DNA of 64,000 bases from an uncultured Spirochaetales bacterium (GCA_964415795.1 CAYQBN010000009.1:55988-119987); one strand, 5' to 3'. Positions 9,845-19,929 are shown, counted from the first letter of the stretch. A program made the numbers and translations. The notes: generated by a model not told the origin, from the letters alone.

Positions 9845-11154
9845 CGACGACCCAACTCGAGGCGGCACGCGCCGGCATAATCACCGACGAGATAAAGATA
9901 GCTGCAGCAGCGGAGCGAATGGACGCCGAAGAAATGCGACACCGCGTGGCAACAGGACGCATCGTGATATGTCGCAACCGCCTTCACGACATCGCACCGC
10001 TCGCCATCGGCGAAGGATGCCGCGTCAAGGTAAACGCGAATATCGGTACCAGCGAGGACATGAACTCGCTCGAAGAGGAAATCGAAAAGGCACGCGTCGC
10101 GGTGCACTATGGCGCCGACGCGGTGATGGACCTTTCCACCGGAAACGACCTCGAACTCACCCGTAAAAAGATCATGGACGCGGCCTCGGTCGCCATCGGC
10201 ACGGTCCCTATCTACCAAGCGGTCGTCGATCTGTTTCGCGTTCAGAAAAAGGCGATCGCCGACATGACCGAAGAGGACCTGTTCACCGCGATAGAGAAAC
10301 AGGTGCGTAGCGGAGTGGATTTCATCACCGTCCACTGCGGGGTAACCCGCCATATCCTCGAAACCCTCCAAGAGAACGGCAGGATCCTTGGCATCGTTTC
10401 ACGCGGCGGCTCCATCATGGCGCGTTGGATGGCACACAACGAGGCGGAGAACCCTCTCTTCAGCCATTTCGATCGTCTTCTCGATATCGCCCACGAATAC
10501 GACTGTGTCCTTTCGCTCGGCGATGGACTACGGCCGGGTGCCCTTGCCGACGCGAGTGATCACGCGCAGATAGAGGAACTTATCACGCTCGGTAAACTCA
10601 CCGAGCGGGCGCGCGCTAAGGGAGTGCAGGTCATGATAGAAGGACCGGGGCATGTGCCGCTTCATCAGATCGCCGCGAACATGCAAATAGAAAAGGCGCT
10701 CTGCCACGGAGCCCCCTTCTATGTCCTTGGACCGCTCGTCACCGACATCGCTCCCGGCTACGACCATATCACCGCCGCCATCGGCGGAGCGATAGCGGCG
10801 ATGAACGGTGCCGATTTCCTCTGCTATGTGACCCCTGCCGAACATCTCTCTCTTCCGACGGTCGAGGATGTAAAAGAAGGCGTCATCGCCTCACGCATCG
10901 CGGCACATGCCGCCGACATCGCCAAAGGGTGGCCCAGCGCCGCCGAGAGGGACCGGGAGATGTCGTGCGCACGGCGACGACTCGACTGGGCGACACAGGA
11001 AACTCTCGTCCTCGACCCCGAGAAACTGCGACGATATCGGGAGCGCCGCGCTCCGCACAGCGATCGTGACACCTGTTCGATGTGCGGTGACCTCTGCGCT
11101 GTCAAGAACTTCAACGACGCCGAAGAGCGTTTACGAAAAAAGCCGGTGCCATGA
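9841..11154 (+). CDS. thiC: Phosphomethylpyrimidine synthase
   Basis: 437 aa, ThiC family (radical-SAM-like; C-terminal 'CSMCGDLC'). Confidence 0.92.
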   Translation: MTTTQLEAARAGIITDEIKIAAAAERMDAEEMRHRVATGRIVICRNRLHDIAPLAIGEGCRVKVNANIGTSEDMNSLEEEIEKARVAVHYGADAVMDLSTGNDLELTRKKIMDAASVAIGTVPIYQAVVDLFRVQKKAIADMTEEDLFTAIEKQVRSGVDFITVHCGVTRHILETLQENGRILGIVSRGGSIMARWMAHNEAENPLFSHFDRLLDIAHEYDCVLSLGDGLRPGALADASDHAQIEELITLGKLTERARAKGVQVMIEGPGHVPLHQIAANMQIEKALCHGAPFYVLGPLVTDIAPGYDHITAAIGGAIAAMNGADFLCYVTPAEHLSLPTVEDVKEGVIASRIAAHAADIAKGWPSAAERDREMSCARRRLDWATQETLVLDPEKLRRYRERRAPHSDRDTCSMCGDLCAVKNFNDAEERLRKKPVP

Positions 11155-11909
11155 AACGGCTCTCCCCGCCGACACCTAACCGCTGGCGCAACTTCTATCA
11201 TTTCTCCGAGATCGATTCGACCAATGAAGAAGCGATACGCTTCATTGGTCGCGGCGTCTCTTCCGGCATCGTCGTCGCCGACCGCCAAACGGCGGGACGC
11301 GGCCGCGAGGGAAAGATTTGGCTTTCTCCCGACGGGAACCTCTATGTTTCTTTCTTCGAACGGACCGTTCCCGAGCAAGCGATCACCATGGCGAAGGTCG
11401 CGGGACTCGCCGCCTTCGACACCATAGCCGGATTTATTCCTCACGCCCGAGTGCGTCTCAAGTGGCCGAACGACATTCTCGTAGGCGACAAAAAGTTATG
11501 CGGTATCTTGATACAGCACCTTTCCCGGGGGCGCGACCTGTTCACCGTTACCGGTATCGGCATCAACATCAAAACGCCCGACAAGACGGCCTTTTCATGG
11601 CATTGGGAACCGACCTCTCTCGAAGAAGAGATGAAGACCGCTCCTTCGAGAACGGTCCTCCTCAGGGATCTGACCGCCGCTCTTTCCCGGTGGAGGGGAG
11701 CAGCCATCGAGACAATCGACTCCGCCTATGCCGGCCGTATCTCGTGGATGCTCAATGCCCATATCTCATGGATCTCCGGAGGAAAGGGACACGAAGGACA
11801 GGTTCTTCGCTTCAGCGATGCTGGACGCCGCATCATCGTTCGCACCAGAACTGGCCAAGAAGAACTGGCGGCAGGAGACATCACGAGTATAATGCTTTCA
11901 CAACCATAG
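11151..11909 (+). CDS. birA: Biotin--protein ligase (group I, no N-terminal HTH)
   Basis: 'QTAGRGREGKIWLSP' BPL motif. At 252 aa it has no DNA-binding domain. It overlaps the thiC stop. Confidence 0.85.
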   Translation: MKRLSPPTPNRWRNFYHFSEIDSTNEEAIRFIGRGVSSGIVVADRQTAGRGREGKIWLSPDGNLYVSFFERTVPEQAITMAKVAGLAAFDTIAGFIPHARVRLKWPNDILVGDKKLCGILIQHLSRGRDLFTVTGIGINIKTPDKTAFSWHWEPTSLEEEMKTAPSRTVLLRDLTAALSRWRGAAIETIDSAYAGRISWMLNAHISWISGGKGHEGQVLRFSDAGRRIIVRTRTGQEELAAGDITSIMLSQP

Positions 11910-11925
11910 ACAAAAGGAGACGGCC

Positions 11926-12888
11926 ATGCGCATAGGTTTTACAACGGCCATTCTCGTCACGGCGCTTTTTTTCGGCGCATGTGAAAAGAAGGATCCTGAA
12001 GAGGTAAGCGACCTTCCCGAATGGGACTTTGGCATCCCTGACACCTCTTACCCGACCGATACCGGCGGTGGCGAGGAGTGGCCCGACGAAGAAAACGATA
12101 CGCCGGCCCCAGAGAACGATGTTCCGACCACACCCGACGATACCGCCCCATCATGCGGAAATGGTTTTGTCGAAAAAGGAGAGCGATGCGATTTCGCCCC
12201 GAGCGACTGTGCAAAACTGAACCCCGGTCTCACCGACATCGCCACCTGCAAGCAGGACTGCTCCGGATGGAACATGGCAGAGTGCAGCAAAAAAACCGAT
12301 GTGTGGGGTGTCGTCTCGCTCGACTTCTATACCGAATATATTCTCGACGACAACCGCATCAACGATCCCGTTTATCGTGAACAAGGCCTTCAGCGCTACG
12401 ATGCCTTCTACGGCATGTATGCCGACAATCGGCCGATTCCCCCCGCCGAGGCATTCGAGACATGGACCGCCGCCTCGACAGTTCCTGCAGGAGGCGGTCT
12501 CTATACCACTTTCGTACGCCAGCATTCTTTCGTGAACGGCTCCGAGATATTTCCCTACCTCGAGATAGAGTTCCCCCCCGGACCGATTACGCTCGACGAC
12601 TATTCGGTTAACAGCACCGATACTATCTTCTTCAACAAGAAACTGGTGCGCTTTCGCCTCGTTGGTTGGTCGGGCGGATCTCCCTGCATCGTCGCGATGG
12701 GTTTTTGGGGGACCATCCATGTCAATCAAGCATGGCAGAACAACCCCATCGAGGGGGGCCGCCTCGCTCTCGTCGCCGAAACGATCGAATTTTACCTTCC
12801 TCGCGAACTGCCTTTTCTCGATTTGGCGGAAGGTGAACCGCTACCCGACGATCTTCTGCAGATCATGAAGTATCCCGAGTGCCCCTGA
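11926..12888 (+). CDS. Secreted lipoprotein with Myxococcus-type Cys-rich repeat
   Basis: Lipobox 'ALFFGAC' and 'CGNGFVEKGERCDF...C', which matches the Myxo Cys-rich repeat pattern. It has an AAAAGGAG RBS. Confidence 0.6.
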   Translation: MRIGFTTAILVTALFFGACEKKDPEEVSDLPEWDFGIPDTSYPTDTGGGEEWPDEENDTPAPENDVPTTPDDTAPSCGNGFVEKGERCDFAPSDCAKLNPGLTDIATCKQDCSGWNMAECSKKTDVWGVVSLDFYTEYILDDNRINDPVYREQGLQRYDAFYGMYADNRPIPPAEAFETWTAASTVPAGGGLYTTFVRQHSFVNGSEIFPYLEIEFPPGPITLDDYSVNSTDTIFFNKKLVRFRLVGWSGGSPCIVAMGFWGTIHVNQAWQNNPIEGGRLALVAETIEFYLPRELPFLDLAEGEPLPDDLLQIMKYPECP

Positions 12889-12976
12889 TTTCCCTTCTTT
12901 CAAAAATTTGACATAGGATTTCGGCGGCGTATGAAAGGGGTGGCGTGTTTAGTAATGTGATAATGGTGCTTTAACC

Positions 12977-14500
12977 ATGAGAGAGGTTGCTCTTTTTAGC
13001 TACCTGTTTCTTCTGCTTCTCCTTTCTATCTTTGGAGCACACCGCTATTATATGATCTACCTCTACCGCAAGTATCGAAACAATCGTCCCGTACCGAGAG
13101 GTTATTTCGATCCCTTGCCAACGGTCACGGTGCAGCTTCCCCTCTACAACGAGAAGTATGTGGTAGACCGTCTTCTCGATGCGGTCTCCGCTCTTCGGTA
13201 TCCCATTGACCGCCTCGAGATACAGGTACTCGACGACTCGACCGATGAAACAACCGTCATCACCGAACGGAAGTGTGCGGAGATACGAGAAAAAGGCATA
13301 GATATCAAATACATTCATCGAGAGGATCGAACCGGATTCAAGGCAGGTGCCCTCGAGAACGGCCTGCGGACGGCTCGCGGCGAATTCATCGCGGTATTCG
13401 ACGCCGACTTCCTGCCCGAACCTGACTTTCTCGAAAAGACCATCCACCACTTCACCGACCCGCAGGTCGGCATGGTGCAGGCACGATGGGATCACCTCAA
13501 CCGCGACTGGTCGCTGCTTACCGAAAGTCAGAGTATCCTTCTCGATGGCCACTTCATGATAGAGCACACCGCTCGAAACCGAAGCGGTCGTTTCTTCAAC
13601 TTCAACGGGACCGCCGGCATTTGGCGCAAGAACGCCATTACCGACGCCGGGGGCTGGCAACATGACACCCTCACCGAAGATCTCGATCTTTCCTATCGCG
13701 CTCAACTGAAGGGATGGCGATTCATCTACCTCCCCGAGGTAACCGTACCTGCCGAACTGCCGGTAGAGATATCCTCCTTTAAGTCGCAACAGTTCCGCTG
13801 GGCGAAGGGATCGATACAGGTCTTCCTCAAACTCTTCCCGACCATCCTTCGGGCGCCGGTATCATGGAAGGTCAAGGTCGAGTCCTTCTTCCACCTTGGA
13901 GCAAACTTTGGCTATGTCCTTATGTTCCTTTTCTGCCTTCTCTTACCGATAAACATCCTCCTTCGTTTCCGGCAAGGAGTAAGCGAGGTTTTTCTCTTCG
14001 ACATGCCGGTCTTTATTCTGGCGACCGTTTCGGTTATGATCTTCTATTTCTTCGCTGAGGTGATGGTCATCAACGAGACAAGGAGCGTCGCCCATCGCTC
14101 GAAGCTGAGTCCTCTCCTTTATCTGCCGATAACCATGTCGATCGGCATCGGGCTCACCGTGAACAACGCCCGTGCGGTCGTTGACGCGCTTCTGCGCCGC
14201 CAGAGTCCTTTCGTAAGAACGCCGAAGTACGATGTGGCGAAGAAGTGTCCTCAAAAGACGCACATCCAGAAGGTCCTCTCGAATGTCTATCGTTCGAACA
14301 CGCTCAGTTGGACCATTTTTCTGGAGCTCTTCTTCGCCTTTTACTTCACCTACGCCGTGTACTTCTCAATCTACAGCGGACTGTGGTTCAGTATTCCCTT
14401 CCTCATGCTCTTTCAATTCGGATTTCTGTATACCTCTCTCATCAGTTTGTTCGGCGAGCCAATCGGCAACCTCTGGCATACGATAAACCATTCTCGTTGA
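12977..14500 (+). CDS. Family 2 processive beta-glycosyltransferase (cellulose/chitin-synthase-like), membrane-embedded
   Basis: GT2 motifs 'VLDDSTDET', 'DADF', 'TEDLDLS' and 'QQFRWAKG' (QxxRW), plus C-terminal TM helices. Confidence 0.8.
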   Translation: MREVALFSYLFLLLLLSIFGAHRYYMIYLYRKYRNNRPVPRGYFDPLPTVTVQLPLYNEKYVVDRLLDAVSALRYPIDRLEIQVLDDSTDETTVITERKCAEIREKGIDIKYIHREDRTGFKAGALENGLRTARGEFIAVFDADFLPEPDFLEKTIHHFTDPQVGMVQARWDHLNRDWSLLTESQSILLDGHFMIEHTARNRSGRFFNFNGTAGIWRKNAITDAGGWQHDTLTEDLDLSYRAQLKGWRFIYLPEVTVPAELPVEISSFKSQQFRWAKGSIQVFLKLFPTILRAPVSWKVKVESFFHLGANFGYVLMFLFCLLLPINILLRFRQGVSEVFLFDMPVFILATVSVMIFYFFAEVMVINETRSVAHRSKLSPLLYLPITMSIGIGLTVNNARAVVDALLRRQSPFVRTPKYDVAKKCPQKTHIQKVLSNVYRSNTLSWTIFLELFFAFYFTYAVYFSIYSGLWFSIPFLMLFQFGFLYTSLISLFGEPIGNLWHTINHSR

Positions 14501-14511
14501 TCGGCGCTCGA

Positions 14512-15318
14512 TCACCGACAGCGCCAAACAAGATCGGTGGATAGGGGTGGTATCACATAGTTCTTTGGCTCGTCTGCGTCACGGAACAGCTTGAACAGAT
14601 AGAGCCCTTTTCCCGGTAGTGTCGCCCCTGCACGGGACCGGTCACGGGCGGTAACGATATCGGGCATCTCCTCGGGCGTCCGTTCCCCCCGCCCGATCTC
14701 CACGAGCGTGCCGGAAACGATGCGAACCATATGCTTGAGGAAACCGTCCCCGACGAAGTCTATGGCGAGGAGCGGACCGGTCTCGGTTATGGCGGCATGG
14801 TATATCGTCCGTACCGTCTCTTCGACATCGGTGTTCGAGGCCTGAAACGATTTGAAATCGTGGGTGCCGATAAGATGTCGCAGTGAGGCGCGCATCGCTG
14901 ACACATCGAGTGGACGATGACAGCGCCATACCAGATGCTCGACGAACGGCGAGAGCGTATCGGTTTGACAGATGAGGTAGCGATAGTGCTTTCCCGTGAC
15001 GAACGTTCTGGCGTTCCGGTAACCAGAGACTCTCTCGACCGCCATGATACGGATATCGGCCGGTAATAGCGAATTGAGGCCTAGTCGCAGATTGTCGGAA
15101 GGTATTTCTCGCACCGCGCGCACCGCGGCGAGAAACTCGATTGCATGAACTCCCTCATCAGTCCGGCCGCATCCCGATGGCGGCGGCAGGTCAGGGGCAT
15201 CGAATATCCTCTTGAGTGCCTCGTGGATCGTCCCCTGTACCGTGGGCACATCTCGCTGTATCTGCCAGCCGTGGTAGGCGGCGCCACAAAAGGAAAGATG
15301 CAGGAGATACATGATCAA
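14512..15318 (-). CDS. truA: tRNA pseudouridine(38-40) synthase
   Basis: 'GRTDEGVHA' catalytic motif at TruA length. The start may be the TTG at 15318 or the ATG at 15312. It overlaps the upstream gene's stop. Confidence 0.9.
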   Translation of the reverse strand: MIMYLLHLSFCGAAYHGWQIQRDVPTVQGTIHEALKRIFDAPDLPPPSGCGRTDEGVHAIEFLAAVRAVREIPSDNLRLGLNSLLPADIRIMAVERVSGYRNARTFVTGKHYRYLICQTDTLSPFVEHLVWRCHRPLDVSAMRASLRHLIGTHDFKSFQASNTDVEETVRTIYHAAITETGPLLAIDFVGDGFLKHMVRIVSGTLVEIGRGERTPEEMPDIVTARDRSRAGATLPGKGLYLFKLFRDADEPKNYVIPPLSTDLVWRCR

Positions 15319-17432
15319 TAATCGAAAATGAGACCGAATTCGAAACGGCTCGAGGAGAGATCGAAGCCTTTCTTCGCAAAAAAGTTGTCCACCCGCTCGA
15401 GCCGGTAATGAAGAAAGAGAGCAGTATCAAGGATACCGGTCGCCTCGCGGAGCTTTATCGCCGTCTTGGGGTCGATGAAGTTGAGCGAGATCTGAAGACC
15501 GACAGCCCCGTGAAAGCCGAACTTTCCACCATCTTCGGCCAGTTTCCGGTCTTCGGTGATCCACCAGAAGTAGTAATCCAGCCCTCCGGCAAGATAAGGA
15601 CGCACCGGGAACTCATAGACCGGCCTCAGTTTCAGCTCTCCCATCACGGGAAGGATATAGAAATAACTTCGCTCGGCTCCCGGAGTGCCGTCTAGTCTGA
15701 GAGATCGCCCTCGCAATTCCACGAATCCGGTGCCGGCGTGCGCGGTCAGTTTGAGATATCTTCCCGCGGGGATGTCGATCCCGAAATGAAAGGCCGGAAG
15801 AAGATTGATGTCGCTTGTGAGTACCTCGTCAATGGGACTTCCGGCGACTCTCCGATCAAGATTCGATGGCTCATAGAAACCGAAAGCGAACAGGAAGTCG
15901 CCGTGAAGTTCTATCTTCTCGTCTTCCTTCACCGAACGTTCCTTTTCCTGCGCAGGCGACTCCCGATCGACCGTTATCGTCTCCGAATCGCCAGCCGAAA
16001 GGGCGCTCGGCAACATCGCCGCCATAAGCAGGATTGCAAGCGCTCCCTCTCGCCGCATCATCGGAAGAAAAACGAGAAGCGCCAGCACAAGGACCAACGG
16101 ATGAAGCAGGAACCATGCCCAGATGACACAAGGAAAGAGGAGCAACTGGATAATCGGCCGAGCAAGTGGCGACTCCGCGACCGCCCGCGCAGCCTGCGGA
16201 CCTGTCCGATAGTACCACGCGACGAAGTCCCGCCCCGTCTCGTACGGCATGAGATAGGCATCGCGCCATACGCGGAGCACGCGGACGAAGGGATGGTCTC
16301 GATCGCCATAACCGGCAGAGGCGATGAAACAGTAATCTCCCTTCTCGGTGCCTCCCGCCCGCTTGTAGTGGGTCCAGAAGCCTTCGGTCGTCTGGGCCGA
16401 ACCGGTTATCTCGAGAAAGGATCTTTCGTCGCCGTTGCCGGCGAGATCCTCAGCGACGATCCTGATCTGATAAGTATGTACCGAGTCGTTCGCGTCGTTG
16501 TTGATGAGAGAATACCCTTCCTTCCCCTCGAGGGTAAACGAGTGCGTTTCGTCATCCCACTCGCTCTCGGTAAGCGTCTTCACATAGGTGAGCGTTGTTT
16601 CCTCCTCCATGCCTCCCTTCTCGAAAAGGCCGCTGAGCCAAACGCGGTAAGCCCCTATGCGTTCGCCGCTCTTTCCGGCGATGTCCGTGAGCGATGGCGT
16701 CACCGTCACTACGAGTTTTCGGTTGCCGCCCTCCACCGTCGCCGCCTCAGGAGCCGCAGGGGGCACATTGTCGAGCGTCACCGTGAAGGTCTCACGGGTC
16801 TCGTTGCCGACGGTGACGATCCGCGGGGAGAGGACTATGACATCGGTATCGCTTACCGTATCGTAGTCGGAGGCATCTGCATCTTGGTCGTAATCCGGGA
16901 CCGCATCGCGGTCAACGAGAAGGACGAGCGTCACCTGATACTGCCCGTCACGGTTCGAAGGCCAGATAGTTTCGGCATCGGGCGTCTCGCTGTCGGACGC
17001 GTCGACATCGGGAAGAATGACCGTATCGTTGAGACCGTCATCGTCACCGGCTAACGGAACATCATCGTCGGATATCTCCTCCTCGCTCGCAAGAGAATCC
17101 TCGTCGGGGCCGGCTGCCAGCTGCGGCAACGCAAAGAGCGTCTCACCGCCGGCGAGCGTGTAGAGGTCGCTCCCTGCTACGGTCATTGTATTGCCGGTAT
17201 AAGAGAATCCCGATGTGACACTGCTCCCCGGTATCGTGACCCCCGTGGTTCCGATATTCACTTCGAGGTAGGCCTCCTCGATGCTCGAGGGTGCCGGCAA
17301 GTCAAAAGAGACCTCCACCGCTCCCGCGTTGTTGAGATGACGATGAGAGGGATCGAACGAGAGATTCTCGAGATCGGCAGCGGCAAGCCTCATTCCGAAC
17401 GCCGTTACCAATAACAACACCGTAGGTTTCAT
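15315..17432 (-). CDS. Large secreted/membrane protein with a CFI[AS]SAGYG motif, TM helices and a beta-barrel-like C-terminus, encoded between asd and truA
   Basis: Signal peptide 'MKPTVLLLVTAFGMRLAAA', D-rich acidic tracts, 'CFIASAGYGDRDHPFVRVLRVWRDAYL...YY', at least two hydrophobic helices, and a C-terminal approx. 250 aa with alternating beta-pattern ending 'IFDY'. It shares 4-bp overlaps with asd and truA. Confidence 0.7.
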   Translation of the reverse strand: MKPTVLLLVTAFGMRLAAADLENLSFDPSHRHLNNAGAVEVSFDLPAPSSIEEAYLEVNIGTTGVTIPGSSVTSGFSYTGNTMTVAGSDLYTLAGGETLFALPQLAAGPDEDSLASEEEISDDDVPLAGDDDGLNDTVILPDVDASDSETPDAETIWPSNRDGQYQVTLVLLVDRDAVPDYDQDADASDYDTVSDTDVIVLSPRIVTVGNETRETFTVTLDNVPPAAPEAATVEGGNRKLVVTVTPSLTDIAGKSGERIGAYRVWLSGLFEKGGMEEETTLTYVKTLTESEWDDETHSFTLEGKEGYSLINNDANDSVHTYQIRIVAEDLAGNGDERSFLEITGSAQTTEGFWTHYKRAGGTEKGDYCFIASAGYGDRDHPFVRVLRVWRDAYLMPYETGRDFVAWYYRTGPQAARAVAESPLARPIIQLLLFPCVIWAWFLLHPLVLVLALLVFLPMMRREGALAILLMAAMLPSALSAGDSETITVDRESPAQEKERSVKEDEKIELHGDFLFAFGFYEPSNLDRRVAGSPIDEVLTSDINLLPAFHFGIDIPAGRYLKLTAHAGTGFVELRGRSLRLDGTPGAERSYFYILPVMGELKLRPVYEFPVRPYLAGGLDYYFWWITEDRKLAEDGGKFGFHGAVGLQISLNFIDPKTAIKLREATGILDTALFLHYRLERVDNFFAKKGFDLSSSRFEFGLIFDY

Positions 17433-18460
17433 AGGTCACCTCGTGCAATGATCGTCTCGGCTATCTGAACCCCATTGAGTGCCGCCCCCTTACGGACATT
17501 GTCGGCGACCACCCAGCCATTGATGCGCCGCCGATCGGAACCGCTGCGGCCATAGCGGAGGCGACCGACGAAGATCTCGTCGCGACCCGCCACATCGGCC
17601 GGTGTCGGATACTGCAGCTCTTCAAAGTCATCCATGAGCGCGAACACTGGCCGCTCAGCGATCGCCGCACGCAACACCGAAAGATCGGCCTCCTTCTCGA
17701 GATCGGCACCTACCGCCTCCGCGTGACCAAAGAAAACCGGCACGCGGACCGCGGTACAGTCAATGTCGAGATCAGGTTTCTCGAGGATCTTCCTCGACTC
17801 GTTGATGAGTTTCTTCTCCTCTTCGGTATAGCCATCGGGATGAAACTTGTCGATGTGTGGGATAAGGTTGAAGGCAATGCGCTGAGGGAACGCGGAAGGC
17901 TTTGCGGATCGGCACGAGAACAGCGCGGTCGCCTCGCCATGGAGCGCATCTATCCCCTGTTGGCCGGCTCCACTGACGCTCTGGTAGGTCGCCACGGTAA
18001 CCGACCGAAGACCGAACAGTTCGTCGAGAAGCGCAAGGTATGGCACGAGTTGTATGGTCGAACAGTTCGGATTTGCGACGATGCTTCCGCGAGTCACTCC
18101 CCCAAGCAACCTCCCGTTCACCTCCGGCACCACTAACGGGACCTCGGGCACCATGCGGAACGCCGAACTCTTATCTACTACCACAGCGCCGTTTCGCGCG
18201 AACATGGGAGCGAACCGAAGCGACACCGGCGTACCGGCACAAAAGAAAACGAGGTCGTGACGAGCGCGGTCAGCCGCCTCTTCGGTAAGCGGCGTCACAG
18301 GGACCTCCTCCTCCCCGAACGAGACCATCTCCCCCAGCGATCGTTCGCTGGCATACGGCGTGATCCGCTTCACTGGGAACTTCCGCTCCGAGAGTATCTT
18401 GAGTATCTCTCTTCCCACGACCCCGGTTGCGCCGATCACCGCCACATCGTACTGCGTCAC
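17429..18460 (-). CDS. asd: Aspartate-semialdehyde dehydrogenase
   Basis: 'VAVIGATGVVG' at Asd length. It has a GTG start preceded by AAGGAGG. Confidence 0.92.
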   Translation of the reverse strand: MTQYDVAVIGATGVVGREILKILSERKFPVKRITPYASERSLGEMVSFGEEEVPVTPLTEEAADRARHDLVFFCAGTPVSLRFAPMFARNGAVVVDKSSAFRMVPEVPLVVPEVNGRLLGGVTRGSIVANPNCSTIQLVPYLALLDELFGLRSVTVATYQSVSGAGQQGIDALHGEATALFSCRSAKPSAFPQRIAFNLIPHIDKFHPDGYTEEEKKLINESRKILEKPDLDIDCTAVRVPVFFGHAEAVGADLEKEADLSVLRAAIAERPVFALMDDFEELQYPTPADVAGRDEIFVGRLRYGRSGSDRRRINGWVVADNVRKGAALNGVQIAETIIARGDL

Positions 18461-18702
18461 TGGAAACCCTCCTTCTATACTTTACCTTGCACGAGGCAAT
18501 CGTACAAAAAACCCGAGGATATGCAACCTGTGTGCCGAAAATCTTCCCCCGAGATTCCCGTTGGTTACCTCGATCCGGGAAATCGCCCGAAAGCAAGGCG
18601 TCAAAATGGCACGGAAAAGTGTCATCCTGCGAGAGAGTCTCCGAGTCTTCTTGACACCCTGCCACCCCAGTGGTAGGGATTGGCATTTCGCCGGAGAACC
18701 GC

Positions 18703-19929
18703 ATGTCGCTCGCCGTCACATTTCGCGCCCTCCGTTCGCGCAATTACCGGCTCTATTTCTTCGGACAATCTCTTTCTCTCATCGGGACTTGGATGCAGCA
18801 AGTCGCCGTCGGCTGGCTCGTTTACCGGCTCACGGAGTCCCCGTTTTTACTAGGCCTCGTCGGCTTTTCCACTCAGATACCGACCCTTTTTCTTGCCCCT
18901 CTCGCCGGAGTCGCCGCCGATCGTTTTCCACGGCGCGTCATTCTTCTCATCACCCAATCGCTCTTCATGCTCCAAGCACTTCTGTTCGCCACGCTCCTTT
19001 TCGTTCACCTCGAGACGATCGAACTTATCATCGCGCTGAGCCTCTTTCACGGCGTCGTCATGGCATTCGACGCACCAGCACGGCACGCGTTCGTCGTCGA
19101 GATGGTCGCCTCTCGCGAAGATGTCGCCAACGGCATCGCGCTCAACTCGGCTCTCTTCCATGCATCCCGCTTTATCGGTCCCTCGGCGGCCGGCCTCATC
19201 ATCGTAGCATGGGGCGAAGGGATCTGCTTTCTCGTCAACGGCATCAGTTACCTAACGACCATCGCCGCCCTTACGTTCATGAAACTCCCCCCCCATCGCG
19301 AGAGCGCAAATGGCGGACGAGTATTCTCCCAGTTCCTCGATGGAATCCGCTATGTTCGTGACTCCTTTCCGATAAAGAGCCTGCTGTTGCTCGTCGCCTT
19401 CGTCTGCCTCGTCGGCATGCCCTACACGACGCTACTACCGGTCATCGCCCGAGACATTCTTCACGGCGATAGCACCACCTACGGCTATCTCATGTCGGCG
19501 GCAGGCTTTGGCGCCGTCTGCGGTGCGCTCTACCTTGCCTCGCGCCGCCCCGACGAGGACCTCTGGCGACACCTCTCGCTCGCCCCCGCCGTGTTCGGTA
19601 TCGGCATCATGACGATCGCCATATCGACTACCTTTTACCTTTCTCTCATCGTTCTCGCGATATCAGCCTTCGGCATGATGACCATTATGGCCACCGCGAA
19701 CACCCTGCTTCAGAACAGCGTTTCCGAAGAGATGCGCGGTCGGGTTATGAGCCTCTACACCCTTGCGTTTTTCGGATCGGTCCCGTTCGGGAACCTGCTC
19801 GCCGGATCACTCGCATCCAACATTGGCGTCCCCCTTACCCTTCTCATCACCGGAATTCTCTCGGTCGGCGTGATGCTCTTCTTCTACCCCCGGTACCGCC
19901 GAATCACGACACGGAACGAAATTTCCTAA
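18703..19929 (+). CDS. MFS transporter (EntS/YbdA-like)
   Basis: 12-TM profile with 'LGLVGF' and MFS-type motifs. The internal ATG at 18703 follows GGAGAA. Confidence 0.8.
   Translation: MSLAVTFRALRSRNYRLYFFGQSLSLIGTWMQQVAVGWLVYRLTESPFLLGLVGFSTQIPTLFLAPLAGVAADRFPRRVILLITQSLFMLQALLFATLLFVHLETIELIIALSLFHGVVMAFDAPARHAFVVEMVASREDVANGIALNSALFHASRFIGPSAAGLIIVAWGEGICFLVNGISYLTTIAALTFMKLPPHRESANGGRVFSQFLDGIRYVRDSFPIKSLLLLVAFVCLVGMPYTTLLPVIARDILHGDSTTYGYLMSAAGFGAVCGALYLASRRPDEDLWRHLSLAPAVFGIGIMTIAISTTFYLSLIVLAISAFGMMTIMATANTLLQNSVSEEMRGRVMSLYTLAFFGSVPFGNLLAGSLASNIGVPLTLLITGILSVGVMLFFYPRYRRITTRNEIS

Noticed and set aside
14500-14545. Possible terminator hairpin GGCGCT...AGCGCC after the GT2 gene
   Set aside because: The stem is short (6 bp) with an 11-nt loop, and it overlaps the truA coding end. 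It is not convincing.
15738-17054. 438-aa plus-strand ORF (also 15408..15695)
   Set aside because: Antisense to the 705-aa signal-peptide protein. It has Arg-rich low-complexity composition.
18360-19361. 333-aa plus-strand ORF overlapping the MFS gene in another frame
   Set aside because: Arg/Pro/Ser-rich with no TM pattern. The MFS frame has a coherent 12-TM profile.
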